From Azolla caroliniana (Eukaryota; Plantae; Polypodiophyta), in NCBI GenBank assembly GCA_043228905.1, contig JBHGNT010000002.1, forward strand, positions 2,294,001 through 2,358,000: a stretch of DNA of 64,000 nt. The letters run 5' to 3'. Positions 36,801 to 50,249 of the stretch are shown in pieces (the first letter of the stretch is position 1; every line of letters begins with the position of its first letter). Made by a program: the position numbers and the translations under genes. The notes under the pieces were generated by a model, which worked only from the letters and a program-made list of their open reading frames with translations, did no database searches and had not been told where the DNA came from.

Positions 36801-37640
36801 CCAAAGGGCAATGATAGCTCATGGTGGCATTTTGTTTGCTGATATTTGGTTAATATGAACTCTATGCTCAATTATGTGGGTTTCGTTCTCAAAGTTTCTT
36901 GTTGCTATACCTCATAATGGACACCGTCATTTTTAAAAATACAATATATATCTTTTCTTTTACTTGGAGATAAGTTGGTCACATCCTTTCTAGAGGTAAA
37001 GAATCATTTTTCCGTGCGATTAATTTTTCATTTTCTTAAGGTTTTTTTGAGATACATCCATGCCACCATGTCATTTGAGCATAGTTGTAAAATACTTGGC
37101 ATTCATTTTTGGGAAAAAATAAAAATACTTAGCATTCAATACATGCACACTATTTTAATTCTCCCTTTTCTAGAAAAATAATTGCGTACTCCAAAGACAA
37201 TATGTAGAATACGTTTGTTATTGTTGTAATGAATCAAAAAATTGTATTACTAGCTTTGGATGATTAATTCTCTCTTGTTCAAACTTCATACATGTGCACA
37301 CACAAAAGAATCATGTAATGAAGAAATCATATAAAAAAGTTGCTTAATGGAGAAATCATTTCATCTCAGGATAAATATTTAGGACATTATTTCTTTTTAG
37401 TTTTAGGAATTGTAATATATTTGTTAACGACGTAGAATGCTTAGACTATGTTACAATGGAACATTTTGAGATGGCAGTTTTAAAGTATAGGATACACATT
37501 ATTAAATGCTTCGGCCATTCGAATTTTTTGGAGTATATCTCATGTTGGCCATGTCTTGTCTTGGAAGGTAATTGCCATTTGATCCTCCCTCTTATAGCTC
37601 CCTACTATGGTCTATCCTCACAAGTGCCCTTTGCAATCTA

Positions 37641-37681
<41 letters not shown>

Positions 37682-39859
37682 TACTACATGTAGTTTATTC
37701 TGAAAGAGTAATTTTTTTTGTTAGTTTTAATATGTATATAACCTTGTGTGTATATCAAAATGATGAGCGTAATTGATTTAAAACCTTAGTTTTCACATTG
37801 TGCCCAAGTAATTGCATCCCCAAGTGGCTTACTATTGTGTGGTGTATGCCTTCCAGGCACATCCTTCCACAAATTGTTATCATTTGGTGTTATAAACATT
37901 TCTCCCTCTCCCTCTCTCTCTCAGGGGGTGAAAACACACAGTTATAAAAATAAAAGTGTGTGAAAAACACTATAATGGTACCCAAACCAAGTGATGTCGT
38001 CACTGTATGGGACATGTTAAATTGCCAATACGAAAGGCAAACACTCCAATGAGGAAAGAAGTTGGACTTGATCCTATAATGAAATTGCGACATCAATACG
38101 CCCCTACAACTTTTATAGATATTCTCTAACTCCATGCCTACCATCAAACACATTGCATATCTCAATAATTACACAATCTCTAATATCTCAGAAAGATGAA
38201 AACGATCACCATCTTTGATCTCGGATCGAGCTATGCGAATCGTGCAAACACCAACCCACCCACCCACCCACTCCCCCTCTCTCTCTGTCTTTGAGTGAGT
38301 GTATATTGTTTTGGTCCCATGGGCTACGTTGGCCTCATTAAAGACTTTAATAAACTTCGTCTCTCTCACTCTCTTTTTATTGTATTACACATGTACGCCT
38401 TCACTCCAATTATCATGTACAACTGGGTAGAATGTCGTGTATGCTTTTATGAGGATGTTGACAACACACATTTTAGCAAAGCATGAAATGAACAATAGAA
38501 AACTCCATATCCTCTCTGTCTCTCTCTATCGTACACAAATATTTGATGATATGAAAAATACAAATTAAGATTTGAAAATCGGGATTTTGCTACATTTGTT
38601 CTTTTAAAGGTATCAAATTGGAGAGAGCTAAAGAGGTTGGATGTATGAGAGGCCCAAAGACTATGTGGTAGATCTAGGGTGTATGAAATGCTCAATATTA
38701 CATATGGAAGAGCTAATGTGTATGAGATTCTTGAGTCTACTACTCAAGAGAAGAATGAGTATCATCTAGCATGATAAGAATGTAATGGAGATTAGTCTAT
38801 CTCATGGCATGGGTCAACATGAATTTCCTTTCCTTTTCTCTTTTTATTTGGGTTTGTCAAGTTTCAACAAATAACATGTGTATATATATATATATATATA
38901 TTAAACATTGCTTAAGTTGAATGGTTCCATTTGCTACATGGGGGGCCCTGGTCATGTGTTTTTATTTGGAGCAATACGCAAAGTGCAAAACCAAGTCATA
39001 TATATATAGACACTCCAATCTCGAGATTGATGTGAAGGAACTAAATGTGAAAGCAGTGAGGGTGGATCCACGACCTCCCTCTCCCAAAGGATAGGAGGAG
39101 TGAGTTGGCCAGTTCAATGAGAGAGGGCTTGTGGGGGTTTCATAGGAGCAAAGTCCGAGCTGAGCCTGGAATGTGAGATCCGAAACGAGGCTCAACATCC
39201 GAAATGCATGAGTCGAGCCAGTTAGTTAGGGACATAACGCGGGACCGTGCTTGCCCCATCTGGGCGAGTAAGAGGTTGGGGGGATGATGCAAGGCGAGAG
39301 AGAGAGAGAGTCTTGTGACATACATAAATATATAAGAAAAAAGGCATGGAGAGGCATGATGGATAGATATGTATAGATTTGATTGTCAGCCGTTAAAAAA
39401 CAAAAAAAAACAAAAAGCTAGACTAAAAAATAAAACATAAAGTGCAAATTGGGGGGGGGGGGGGGGGGGGGTCGTTATAACGGGAGACTATGACACGGAT
39501 GCAAAGAAGGGGGGCCAAAAAAGAAGAAGAAGAAGAAGAAGAAAAAGAGAGAGGCGGGGGGTGGGCATGACGTCATCCGCCTCTTTGTCTCTCTCTCTCT
39601 CTCTCTCTGTGTCTGTCTGTGTATGTCGCTTTCTCAGCTTTTTATTTTTGCTTTTTCTGCTTTTTTGAGTTTTTGAAGTGTGGGGTTTTTGAGTGGAGAT
39701 CTGGGATCAATCTTTTGCCCGATTCTCTCAACCTTTCGTTTTTCCTCCTCTTCCGCTCTCTGGAATTCTTTTCTTTTTCCTCTTTTTTATTTTTATTTTT
39801 ATTTACTCGGAACTCAAGAGTGTAATAGAAAAAAAAGGTCATGGTAGGTAGGTGGATTT

Positions 39860-39895
<36 letters not shown>

Positions 39896-41508
39896 AAGAA
39901 ATAATAAATACATAAAAATCCTGCGGTTGTTGAGCAACATGTGCGTGAGTTTAATTATGAGTTACTCCTCCCCCATCCCATCCTGTCCCCCCTTTTGCTC
40001 TCAACAATATTTAAATATAAATTAAATAAAAACAAAAAAGCAATAAATAAATAAATAAATAAATAATATGGATGGACTACAGATAATAATAATAAGTAAC
40101 TAATAGAAAGGATCCAGGTAGAAAACAAAAAACAAAAAAGGAAAAATAGAAAAAGTATGTAAAAAAAAAAAAAAAAACATTAAACAGGTGTTTCATACAT
40201 ATATTTTATTTTGTGTTGTTATTGTTTATTTATGATTTATGATTATGTTGGTTGCATTATTTATTTATTTATTTACTGTTGGATTTTGGTCTGAAATTTT
40301 GAGTGTTCCTTCTATATCATCAACCATACGTGCATTTCTCATTCGCGTATGGTAAACACCATCGAAGTATGATAAATACCATACTTTTGTATTCATTATT
40401 TTATTAAATATAAGGTAATATATTTTTTTAAGGTAAAAAGTATTAAAAAAAAAAACACATACGAATGTTTTGATAACATACGCATTCGTTTTCATTCGAA
40501 TGAAAAAGAAGGTTTTGCCAATGCATATATTACGTACTATATAGAATATTTTTTAATTTTGTATTGTTATTGTTTCTTTATGATTACGATTATATTGTTT
40601 GCTTTATTTATTTATTTACTGCTGGATTTTGGTCTGAAATTTTTGAGTGTATGTACTCAATTTCACTGAAATCAGAAGAAAAAAGACAACAACAAATCAT
40701 GATTTTTATTGTCCCCAATTTGCTCTACCGGGTTTGGCTCTTGTCCGGACGAGTGTGAAAGCGTGATTTATTTCAACACCACCAATATAAGATTTACGTA
40801 CATAATTATAAGAAAAAAGTAAAAGCACAAAATAAAAATAAAAATAAATAAATATCTGTTTTTCTTTAGCCACGTCTACAAGCGATGCAATTAATTACGT
40901 ATACGAATTTCTGTATGTATATACTTATGTACGTGTTACATACGTACACACGTGTGTATGGGTATTTTGGGGGGGGCCCAAAAGAAATTTAACTAAACCA
41001 TGGCCCTGGTAAAAAAAAAAAAAAAAAAAAAACACAGAGACAGAGCAGGAGAGCCTTCTAGATTTTCTGACCTGCGGATTGATGATCCATAACTAACTTT
41101 CGATGCCCAAAATTTGTCAACTTCTGCTTTTTTTTTCTTTTTTTTGAAGCAAAAAGCAGAAAAGCTAAAGTCGAGTTACGCATACAAATTATTATAGAAA
41201 AAAAAAAAAAACAAAAAGCATACAAATTATTTGGTCGGAAATAATAATAAGAAGTAACCGTGCAATTATGTATTCTATGGGTAGGGGGAGAGAGTAATGT
41301 ATACGTATTCGTATGCGTATGCGTATTCGTATACGTACACTTGTACACACGTATGCCTGTGCGTATGTGTCGAGAAATTAAAGAGAAGAAGAGAAAGGAA
41401 GTGATGGGAAGCACAAGGCTGTCATGAGCTCCCAAAGTACCGCCGCCAAAATTAATTCTGCATTTTTTTTATCTTAACCAATTTAATTCTGTCTTTCTCT
41501 GCAATAAT

Positions 41509-41545
<37 letters not shown>

Positions 41546-41729
41546 GAGACAGAGAGAGTATTATCATTCTGTTCTAGTTATATATATATATATATATATA
41601 CAATAATACAGTTCATTCATTCCACTGAATGAAAGGAATTTAGTTAGTTACGATCACAGTCTAATTAATTACTCTTCACGACAATTAACTTGCTACTACT
41701 ACTATAAGAATTTAGCACTACTATTGAAT

Positions 41730-44700
41730 ATGATGGATAAGGAGATCGAGGATCGATTCCTCCCATCACCACCGATTCATTCGGCTATGGCTCACCATTA
41801 TCCTACTGCTGCTAATTTGATGATGGGCGGCACATTACTACCTGCTTCTTCTAATCATAGTTCCTGTCACAATAATAGCATGAATGGTAGTCTAAATAAT
41901 CACATTATCAATCCCTTACTATTACCCGTCCTTCATGCAATTAATAATAATCCACCTCATGATGATGATGCTCATACCCTCATGAATCCATTGTACCCTC
42001 CTCCTCCTCCTCCTCCTCATACTACTGCTAATCTTAATCCACATCATATATTTGACCCATTTATTAAGCATGATCATCACATCCAGCTCAATCATGATGT
42101 GCCCATGAGCTTCAATCATAACATTCAAATGAATAATCCGAATGTGATGTTGATGAATGATGACATGATGATTACTCATCGGGATGGCACAGTCGAGGAT
42201 CGATATCATTTTATGATGAATGGAGCTTCAAATCATTATAATACTTCTGGTTCTAGTGCCACAGATTATATGATGGCAAGCAATAATGGAATGTTAATGG
42301 ATCAACACCATGACATGACAATTAATCCTTCACTGCTACTCACAAATCCTCCTAATACCTCATCATATACTACTACAAATGCCAATTTCCTTGATCTCTT
42401 CCATTCAAATCATCATGGTAATAACCGCAGGATTGATCTGCATTTAGTTACTAATAGTAATTATGTTAATCCGACGACATCTACGGCCACGCATTCATCA
42501 CCGCCACCACCACCACCACATATGGTCATGACCACCACTACCAACATGAGGAGCAATAATTACAAGAATGATACTCACAATCATCACAATGGCAGTAGCA
42601 ATCAATTGGATGTATCAAATATTGGAGGACCAGATCATAGAATCTTAAGTGGCAGCATCAATTATAGCTGTGATGATTATAATGTCAATGGTGATGGTGA
42701 TGGTGATGGCGATGGCGATGATGATGAAGGCGATCGTGGGCTTAATATAGAGCAATTCGCTAGCAATGGCGGCACCCGTAAGGAACAGGATAACACGAAG
42801 ATCCTTAATGATTCTGACCATATAATGCTATTGAATAGTAACCATAACAACACTATTACTACTACTCCTACCACTACCACTACCACTACCAGTGGTAGCT
42901 GCCATGTTATGAATGTCCATAACAAAGGGATTAAAGGCAAAGGTCCGCCAGCGAAGAACCTGATGGCGGAGAGGAGGCGACGGAAGAAGCTCAATGACAG
43001 GCTCTACACATTACGCTCAGTCGTGCCCAGGATATCCAAGGTACCAAATCCTTTAGGTCCACTACAATTTCAAAAAACTTCACCCAAAACCATATCATTA
43101 TGGCCATGATCATCATCATCATCATTATAGTACATACATACAATACACACATATAATTTTGCTAATGATGCTTTCTTGTGTATGTGTTGGCATAAATGTT
43201 AGGGTTACAAAACCATATCATTATGGCTATGATGATGATGATGATCATCATCATCATCATTATAGTACATACATACAACAGAAACATATAATTTTACTAA
43301 TGATGCTTTCTTTGTGTGTGTTTTTGCATAAAATGTAACCCTACTAGATGGATAGGTTTACAAAAACTATTAATTATGGCCATGATCATCATCTTACAAT
43401 ACACACATATAATTAATTTACTAAATTAAATGATGCTTTCTTGTGTGTGTGTGTGTGTGTGTGTTTGCTTAAATGTTAGGGTTACAAAACCATTCATTAT
43501 GGCCATGATCACCATCATCATCATTATAGTACATACATACAATGCACACACATAATTTACTAATCATTCTTTCTTGTCTCTGTTTGCATAAATGTAGCCC
43601 TAATGGAGGGTATAGGGTTACTAAACTATTCATTATGGCCATGATCATCATCATCATCATTATACATAGTAAATACATACCATACACACATATAATTTAC
43701 TAATATCATGCTTTCTTGTCTGCGTTTGCATAAATGTAGCCCTAATGGAGGGATAGGGTTACAAAAACAATATCATTATGACCATGGTCATCATCATCAT
43801 TATAGTACATACATACAATAGAACCATATAATTTACTAATGATGTTTTCTTGTGTGTGTGTGTGTGTGTTTGCATAAAATGTGTAAAAAATCCCTACTAG
43901 ATGGATAGGGCTTCCATCCTCGGGGACGCGATCGACTACCTGAAGGAGCTCCTCCAACGAATCAATGACCTTCACAACGAGCTCGAGGCGGAGAGTACGC
44001 CGATCAGTACGGCCGTACCGTCTCCCACCACATCTCTTCATGTGGATCCTCATGTCTCGGCCAATTCCCCGACATCTAGGCTAATCATGATGCCTCCCGC
44101 CACGCCATCCCTCAATAATGTTATAGTCTCCCCAAGCAATCAGAGTACCCTGTCCGGTACCACCAACATTGCCGGGGCCACCGGTGTGATCAATCCCGCT
44201 AACTTAATGCTTCCTCCCTTCGTAAAGCTCGAAGATTGTACTACTACTACTACTCCTATGGCTATGGCAACGACAACTTCTGCGCTCATGAGCTCGGGGC
44301 CTTTCGCATTGGCCCCCGACCCATCCCAACCACCCAAGGTAAATTGAAAACACATTTCTTAAGCATATAATTCATTCAATCTTCTTCAGCCCAAAAGACA
44401 GATTGCTTCATTAGGGGAAGTTGGAATCATATGCATTGAGATGGGCCCAATTTAGTTTAGCTCCCACGATGCCGTGGTTTGCCGCGTATAATTATGGATT
44501 TTAGGGTGCTTTCATCCCAATCTTTAGCTGCATCAGATTTCTCGGCCATTCTTTAATACCAAGAATTCTCGTCCTGATAGAAATGAATTGATCGGACTCA
44601 ATTCCGCATCGATCGAGCGGAACATGTTCAAGCGCATTCCTCATTTGTGAATAAATCTCATCGGATGTCTCAAAAAATAATATACCTATTTATATGTACA

Positions 44701-45880
44701 TAATACTTAATTATGTCTCACCCTAAATCTATCTATATGCACATAATACTTAATTATGTCTCACCCTAAATCTAGCTATATGTACTCAATACTTAATTAT
44801 GTCTCACAGTAATCGATCTATATGTACATAATACTTAATTATGGCTCACCCTAATCTATCTATATGTACATAATGCTTAATTATGTCTCACCCTAAATCT
44901 ATCTATATGTACATAATGCTTAATTATCTCTCACCCTAATCTATCTATATGTACATAATACTTAATTATGTCTCACCTTAAATCTATCTATATGTACATA
45001 ATGCTTAATTATCTCTCACCCTAATCTATCTATATCTACATAATACTTAATTATGTCTAACCCTAATCTATCTATATCTACATAATACTTAATTATGTCT
45101 CACCCTAAATCTATCTATATGTACATAATGCTTAATTATCTCTCACCCTAATCTATCTATATGTACATAATACTTAATTATGGCTCACCCTAAATCTATC
45201 TATATGTACATAATGCTTAATTATGTCTCACCCTAATCTAATTTGGTACACATTTGTTTGGATCTTGATTAATGCAGGTGGAAGTGAGGATAAGGGAAGG
45301 GAGGACCATTAATATACACATGTTGTGTGCTGGGATGCCTGGCCTTCTATTGTCCACCATGAGAGCTTTGGATGGCCTGGGTCTAGATGTCCAACAAGCT
45401 GTCATTAGCTGCTTCAATGGTTTTGCTCTAGATGTGTTTAGAGCTGAGGTACATTCATATTTCAAATTGATATTGTTATCTGTTATTTCTGTGGTTTTTG
45501 ATATTTCATCCCTACCCCTACATGTCTCTTGTCCATATTCACACTCCCAAGTCTGGAGAACTCAAAGGGTATTGAATGTGAATTTATACAAATTAGAGAC
45601 ACTCACAATTCGTGTTTAAATAGATCCAATAAAAAACCCATTGTCATTTAGAGAGCCCACAATCATCATTGTGTATTAATTTTTAATCCGTCGCTAGATT
45701 TGTTGGTTTTACAAGGGTATGTATCACACTTGTGTATGTGTTGCCTATAATATCTTGTTTCTCACCATTCTTCTATCTTTGAATCCACAGCAGTCCGATC
45801 AAGACAATGTCGAACCTGAAGAAATCAAGAGGGTGTTGCTACTCACAGCTACTAATGCATCATCCAATACAACTATGTGA
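41730..45880 (+). CDS. ICE1: ICE1/SCREAM-like bHLH-ACT transcription factor (subfamily IIIb), ~669 aa; exons 41730-43040, 43901-44338, 45278-45448, 45791-45880
   Basis: [29 protein letters not shown]|[32 protein letters not shown]-like C-terminus [15 protein letters not shown]...[23 protein letters not shown]|Q...PEEIK. All three introns are GT-AG, phase 0, at ICE-typical positions. Confidence 0.95.
43086..43910 (+). repeat. Tandem array of six ~120-150-bp units filling intron 1 of the ICE gene
   Basis: Units start AAAACCATATCATTATGGCCATGATCATC at ~43086, 43209, 43362, 43486, 43622 and 43763. The last unit ends in exon 2. Confidence 0.9.
44686..45240 (+). repeat. Minisatellite, ~13 copies of a 42/43-bp unit, in intron 2 of the ICE gene
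   Basis: Unit ACATAATRCTTAATTATSTCTCACCCTAA(A)TCTATCTATATGT, counted by eye. Confidence 0.95.
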
Positions 45881-46523
45881 AGTGAACTATATATATATAC
45901 ATTTTGAAGAAGGTTCACACTAACAGAACATGTCTACAGTCCCTAGCTCACGATCACTACCAATGTCTCTCTTGTAGGGATCTAGAGTTTTGGTTGCACA
46001 TGTTTGTTAACACGATCAAGAGTCGCAACATTACACACGTTGTACATTTTCCACTCACCAGCTAATGGCTCTAAAATGTTCAAGGAAAAAAGGTTTTCTA
46101 AAGGGAGTCGCATATTAATAATGCAACCATAATTGTTGCATTGAAGATCCGAAGTGTATTTCCCAAACACTTACAGTCTCGAGATTTTTCACTTACATAC
46201 ATGTCTTGGATTTAGGTGAACTCATGAACAAGTTAAAGGAGCAATGCTAGTGAAAGTATTGCTCATTTATGTGTATATCCAAAGTGTTCTTGTATGTGCC
46301 CACCTATTTTGCATTATATGTATCTCTTTGGGCTTAGGTGTCAATTTTAGTTTGCTTCTATTAATGAGAAATAGATATTTTCAAAGTAAAGTTGATGAGG
46401 GATTATGTTTTGTCACCTTGCTTATATAAATGAAGAATTTATATTGTTTATGTCGTCTAGCTAATGAGAGATTATGCACATCGGATCTTTGATCCACGAA
46501 GGAATAGTACTTCTATTCCATAA

Positions 46524-46850
46524 TACTTGTTACACCAATCCTAATTTTTCACAAGATTCCCTGGACACCCCTTGTATTTTTTCAAAATGGTCAAAATACC
46601 CCTGCTTTAGATGGACTAGTCCTAGTTAAATCATTATTGATGTTAACCTAACTCTAGAAAGTGAATAATGTAACCTAATTATAGAAAGGAAGAATTAGAA
46701 ATGGAGGTGTCGTGGAAATATAGATGCATATATATCTCACTCATGTCCATATGACACTAAATATGATCTAATAGAGAGTAAAAGAAAGAGGGAGAGGGGA
46801 ATTTTGAGAATTTCATGTAAATTGAAGGGTAATTGTAAATGAATCAAGTA
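46524..46850. mobile_element. Possible decayed Mutator-like MITE
   Basis: Imperfect inverted ends TACTTG...CAAGTA and TCAAAATACCCCT vs AGGGGAATTTTGA. No clear TSD. Confidence 0.35.
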
Positions 46851-47893
46851 TACATTATTTTTAAAAGAGTCCATCCACCCTTACTTACATCGAAAGACTT
46901 GATCATAGTATAGAGCATATCTTAGACTCACAATATGGAATTTAGTGATGTTTCCAATGGTTATTTCTTGGTCCATGTGTAAGTTCGTTAAATGATCATT
47001 ATACGGTCATGATTTTGCAAGTGATGTTTATTTTTGTTCAATATAAGAATGTGTACCAGAAGGAGCTTTAGTACAAAGTACACTACAACAAAGATATGTT
47101 AATATACTTCAACTTTACTTTAGTTCACAACATTCAATATTACAATCCTTCTGTGAAGAACATGCATTTTACCTTGTCCCATTCTATAGGCATAGAAGTT
47201 ATTCCAACCAGCTTGGGCTCAAATTCATACTAAAGCACGGAGTGAAAAAAATGAGTCATCCTCTTGTATCCCTTCCCGGGTCACGTTTGATTTAGCATCA
47301 TACTATCGATAAAGAGTAATAAGCTTATCTACAAACAAATCAAAACACTTTTCCAACACATTATTAGAATGTCATTATAGGTTAAGTTAATTGAAATAGG
47401 GTGAGTCTCACTTTAAAACCTTTGCCTTCCGCAATGTTCTTTAAATTGATTCATTTTATTTACTTTCTTGAATGACAAGGTCGTTCATCTCACAAAGCAT
47501 TTCCATATGTGTCCTTGCAAAAGGTTCCTATTGTACATTATGATCACAAAAGAAACCCACGAGCTTTTCAAATTATATAATGGAGCCCAAGTACTTACAC
47601 AGATACTTTACTTTTCTGCAAAATAAGCTCTCTGTTGCATTTATGGGCATAAATGCAATAGCTCTTTTGGAGCTATATATGAAAAAAACCATCTTTCGTT
47701 GATTCAGTGCTATCGTGTTTTTTGTCTTGCTCAAGTGTGTTTTGAATAGTATTGTGTCGTGTACACTTTAATACCGATGAAGTTAATTTTCAGTAGAGTT
47801 GTGAGCATTGCAATTTTTTGAGATGCTCTTGTTCTCTGTATCATGGTATATGTAGTGTGTGTGTGTGTGTGTGTGTATGCATAGACGGTAACT

Positions 47894-47929
<36 letters not shown>

Positions 47930-50249
47930 GTAACTTATGAACTACATCCCAAAACGTTTAGTTTTAAAACTATCAACATATACCCCTAACAGAAAAAGTA
48001 AGGGTTTGACATTTGAAGTTAATAACGTCGGCGTGACATTTGATCGACTACTCATATCGAATTGAATAATGTTTCACCTTAAAAAAACATGATCAAACTT
48101 TCCTACTTCGGCATTTGATTAATATATGCATGCATACATTATCAACTTCGTAACTAGTACATTTAATTATCATCTACTTGAGCATGTAGCTAGAGTCTAA
48201 ACCTTATAAACATATGATTAACATTTAATATGTAGCCTTTGGTACTTTGAGGGACCAATGTGAATACGATGATCATAACATGTTTAGGAATCACCTTCTC
48301 TCAATCTTCAAAAGGGTAAATTGATGAATCAAAAGACTTATCTATTGAGATCTTCTACTAGGCTTGTGACGTCGATCAATTTATTTCACTATGTTTTGAT
48401 GAGAGTCAATGCTAGAAGGTTTTTGAGCATGCTTCATGTAATGTATTTCCAATAATATATATCCATTAAGAAAGTTACTATGAATGCAAACAAGTATTAT
48501 GCTTTCTCGTTTCACAACTTTACACAAAAATAGAAGACTAATTGTATTGAGGAGAGTTGACACGATGACTTCGTGATTGGAAAATAGGAGAGAAGAAATG
48601 GTAGGCCGTGAAGCTTAGCTATATTTAGGTTTAGGGCTCAATGTTACGCTCTTTTACGAAGAAATTTAATTTAGTATAAGTATGAAGCTTTGTTTGGCAA
48701 TATGCCATGAAAGGATTCTTTTCAAATCCATCATTACTTTCTTTTAGTTACATTTTTTGTCGACGAATTAGGATAACCTTGTACGTATATTTTACCACTG
48801 TGAAAGTGGACATATCATCTTAAGTGCTATGAAAGAATGACGAACAACTATGAGTTTGATATCTCCAATGCATCGAAAGCAGCTAAGATTAACCACAAAT
48901 TCGAAAATCGTTTTCGGGGATGTTTTGGGCTGTTCCCAATGATGAAACTGTTACAATCTCAAAATTCTACATGAAAAATATGTATTAAAGAAATGCATAG
49001 CAATTAGACATCACTTTCGTTTTGAAAACAAGGGATTAATAGATACATTTGAAAAAAAAAATTGACATCATGCACCAACTCATTGTGAGTAAATGAAAAT
49101 TGTACGATGGGTAAAAATGATTTTCCCGTTATCGTAATTGTGACTATTCTTTAAATTTTGCAATTATCGATATGTTAAATCAAGAAAGTAAACAATTTAA
49201 TATTTAAAGATATTTGGTGAATGTCAAAATTTTAGTTCAACTTTTTTTAAATGATAAAATGAAGCCCATGTAACGAATGAATTGTGATTTACCGCATCAT
49301 TTCTTCAAGTTCTTATATAAATTCTTTAAGAAGAGCTTTATGGTATTAATTCATCTTGAAAGTTGAAACATTGGAATTAATGCTCCAAATTCTTAATATA
49401 TGAGCCTTTTGATAATGTGTATTGACATTATCCTTGTGTTCTTTTGTTGGTTGCATGGTGACACAACTTCGTCCAATTGACACGTCTCATATAGATTGCT
49501 TAAATGGAACTTCACAACTTCATCCAATGGGCACATCTCATATTGATTGCTTAATTGGAACTTCATTCCATTCTTTCATCATTTAGGCTTCTTGATTCCA
49601 AAAGCCATGTAACTTAGTTAGGTTTTTCATCGATTGATGTAGTTTTAATTTGAAGACAAATCTAACATCATGTTTTACAAGTTTTTTGACAATTACAAAT
49701 TGTATGCAAAGTAGATATATGTATGTAGGTTCTTGAGAGGATTATTGAATAAGGGAATTTTGGGCTCAAAGTTGGGCAATTTAAGATATCATTTCAATGA
49801 TTTACTTTCCCATTGGAAGGTGGGTAAAGATTTGGGTCAATGCTTTCAATATCCTATCGTAAGACCTTATCGGAAATGTCTTTGTGGCATCATTCCAAAA
49901 CACCAAGGATCACTTTGTTTATACTACATAGTTGTGATGTAATAAGCCACCACGAGCATTCCTTGACAATTGCTTCTTTCCTTTTGGTTGAGAGTGGACC
50001 ACCAAAATATTAAAAGGCCCAAATTGAGAGTCGAATGTTGGCATAATAAAGAACACATGAAAAATGGGGCAACATTTGGTCTTGTGTATCTAGTATATTT
50101 GTATCATATCTTTAGATGACTTAGAGAAGTAAATACATGGGCCTTCCGTTTACTCTCTTAGAAACATTCTTTACATATACATTTTAATGGTTTTAACAAC
50201 AATGTGTTTACCAAGCTTTAAAACTCTTCATGCCTTTGATGTTTACAGA

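Noticed and set aside
43041-43109. ORF continuation of ICE exon 1 (also 44339-44347 and 45449-45619)
   Set aside because: Read-through into introns. Conserved GT-AG junctions restore the canonical bHLH/ACT sequence.
44686-45240. CRISPR-like array (regular ~43-bp period with internal palindrome)
   Set aside because: Units are head-to-tail with no unique spacers, lie in a plant intron, and there are no cas genes. It is a minisatellite.
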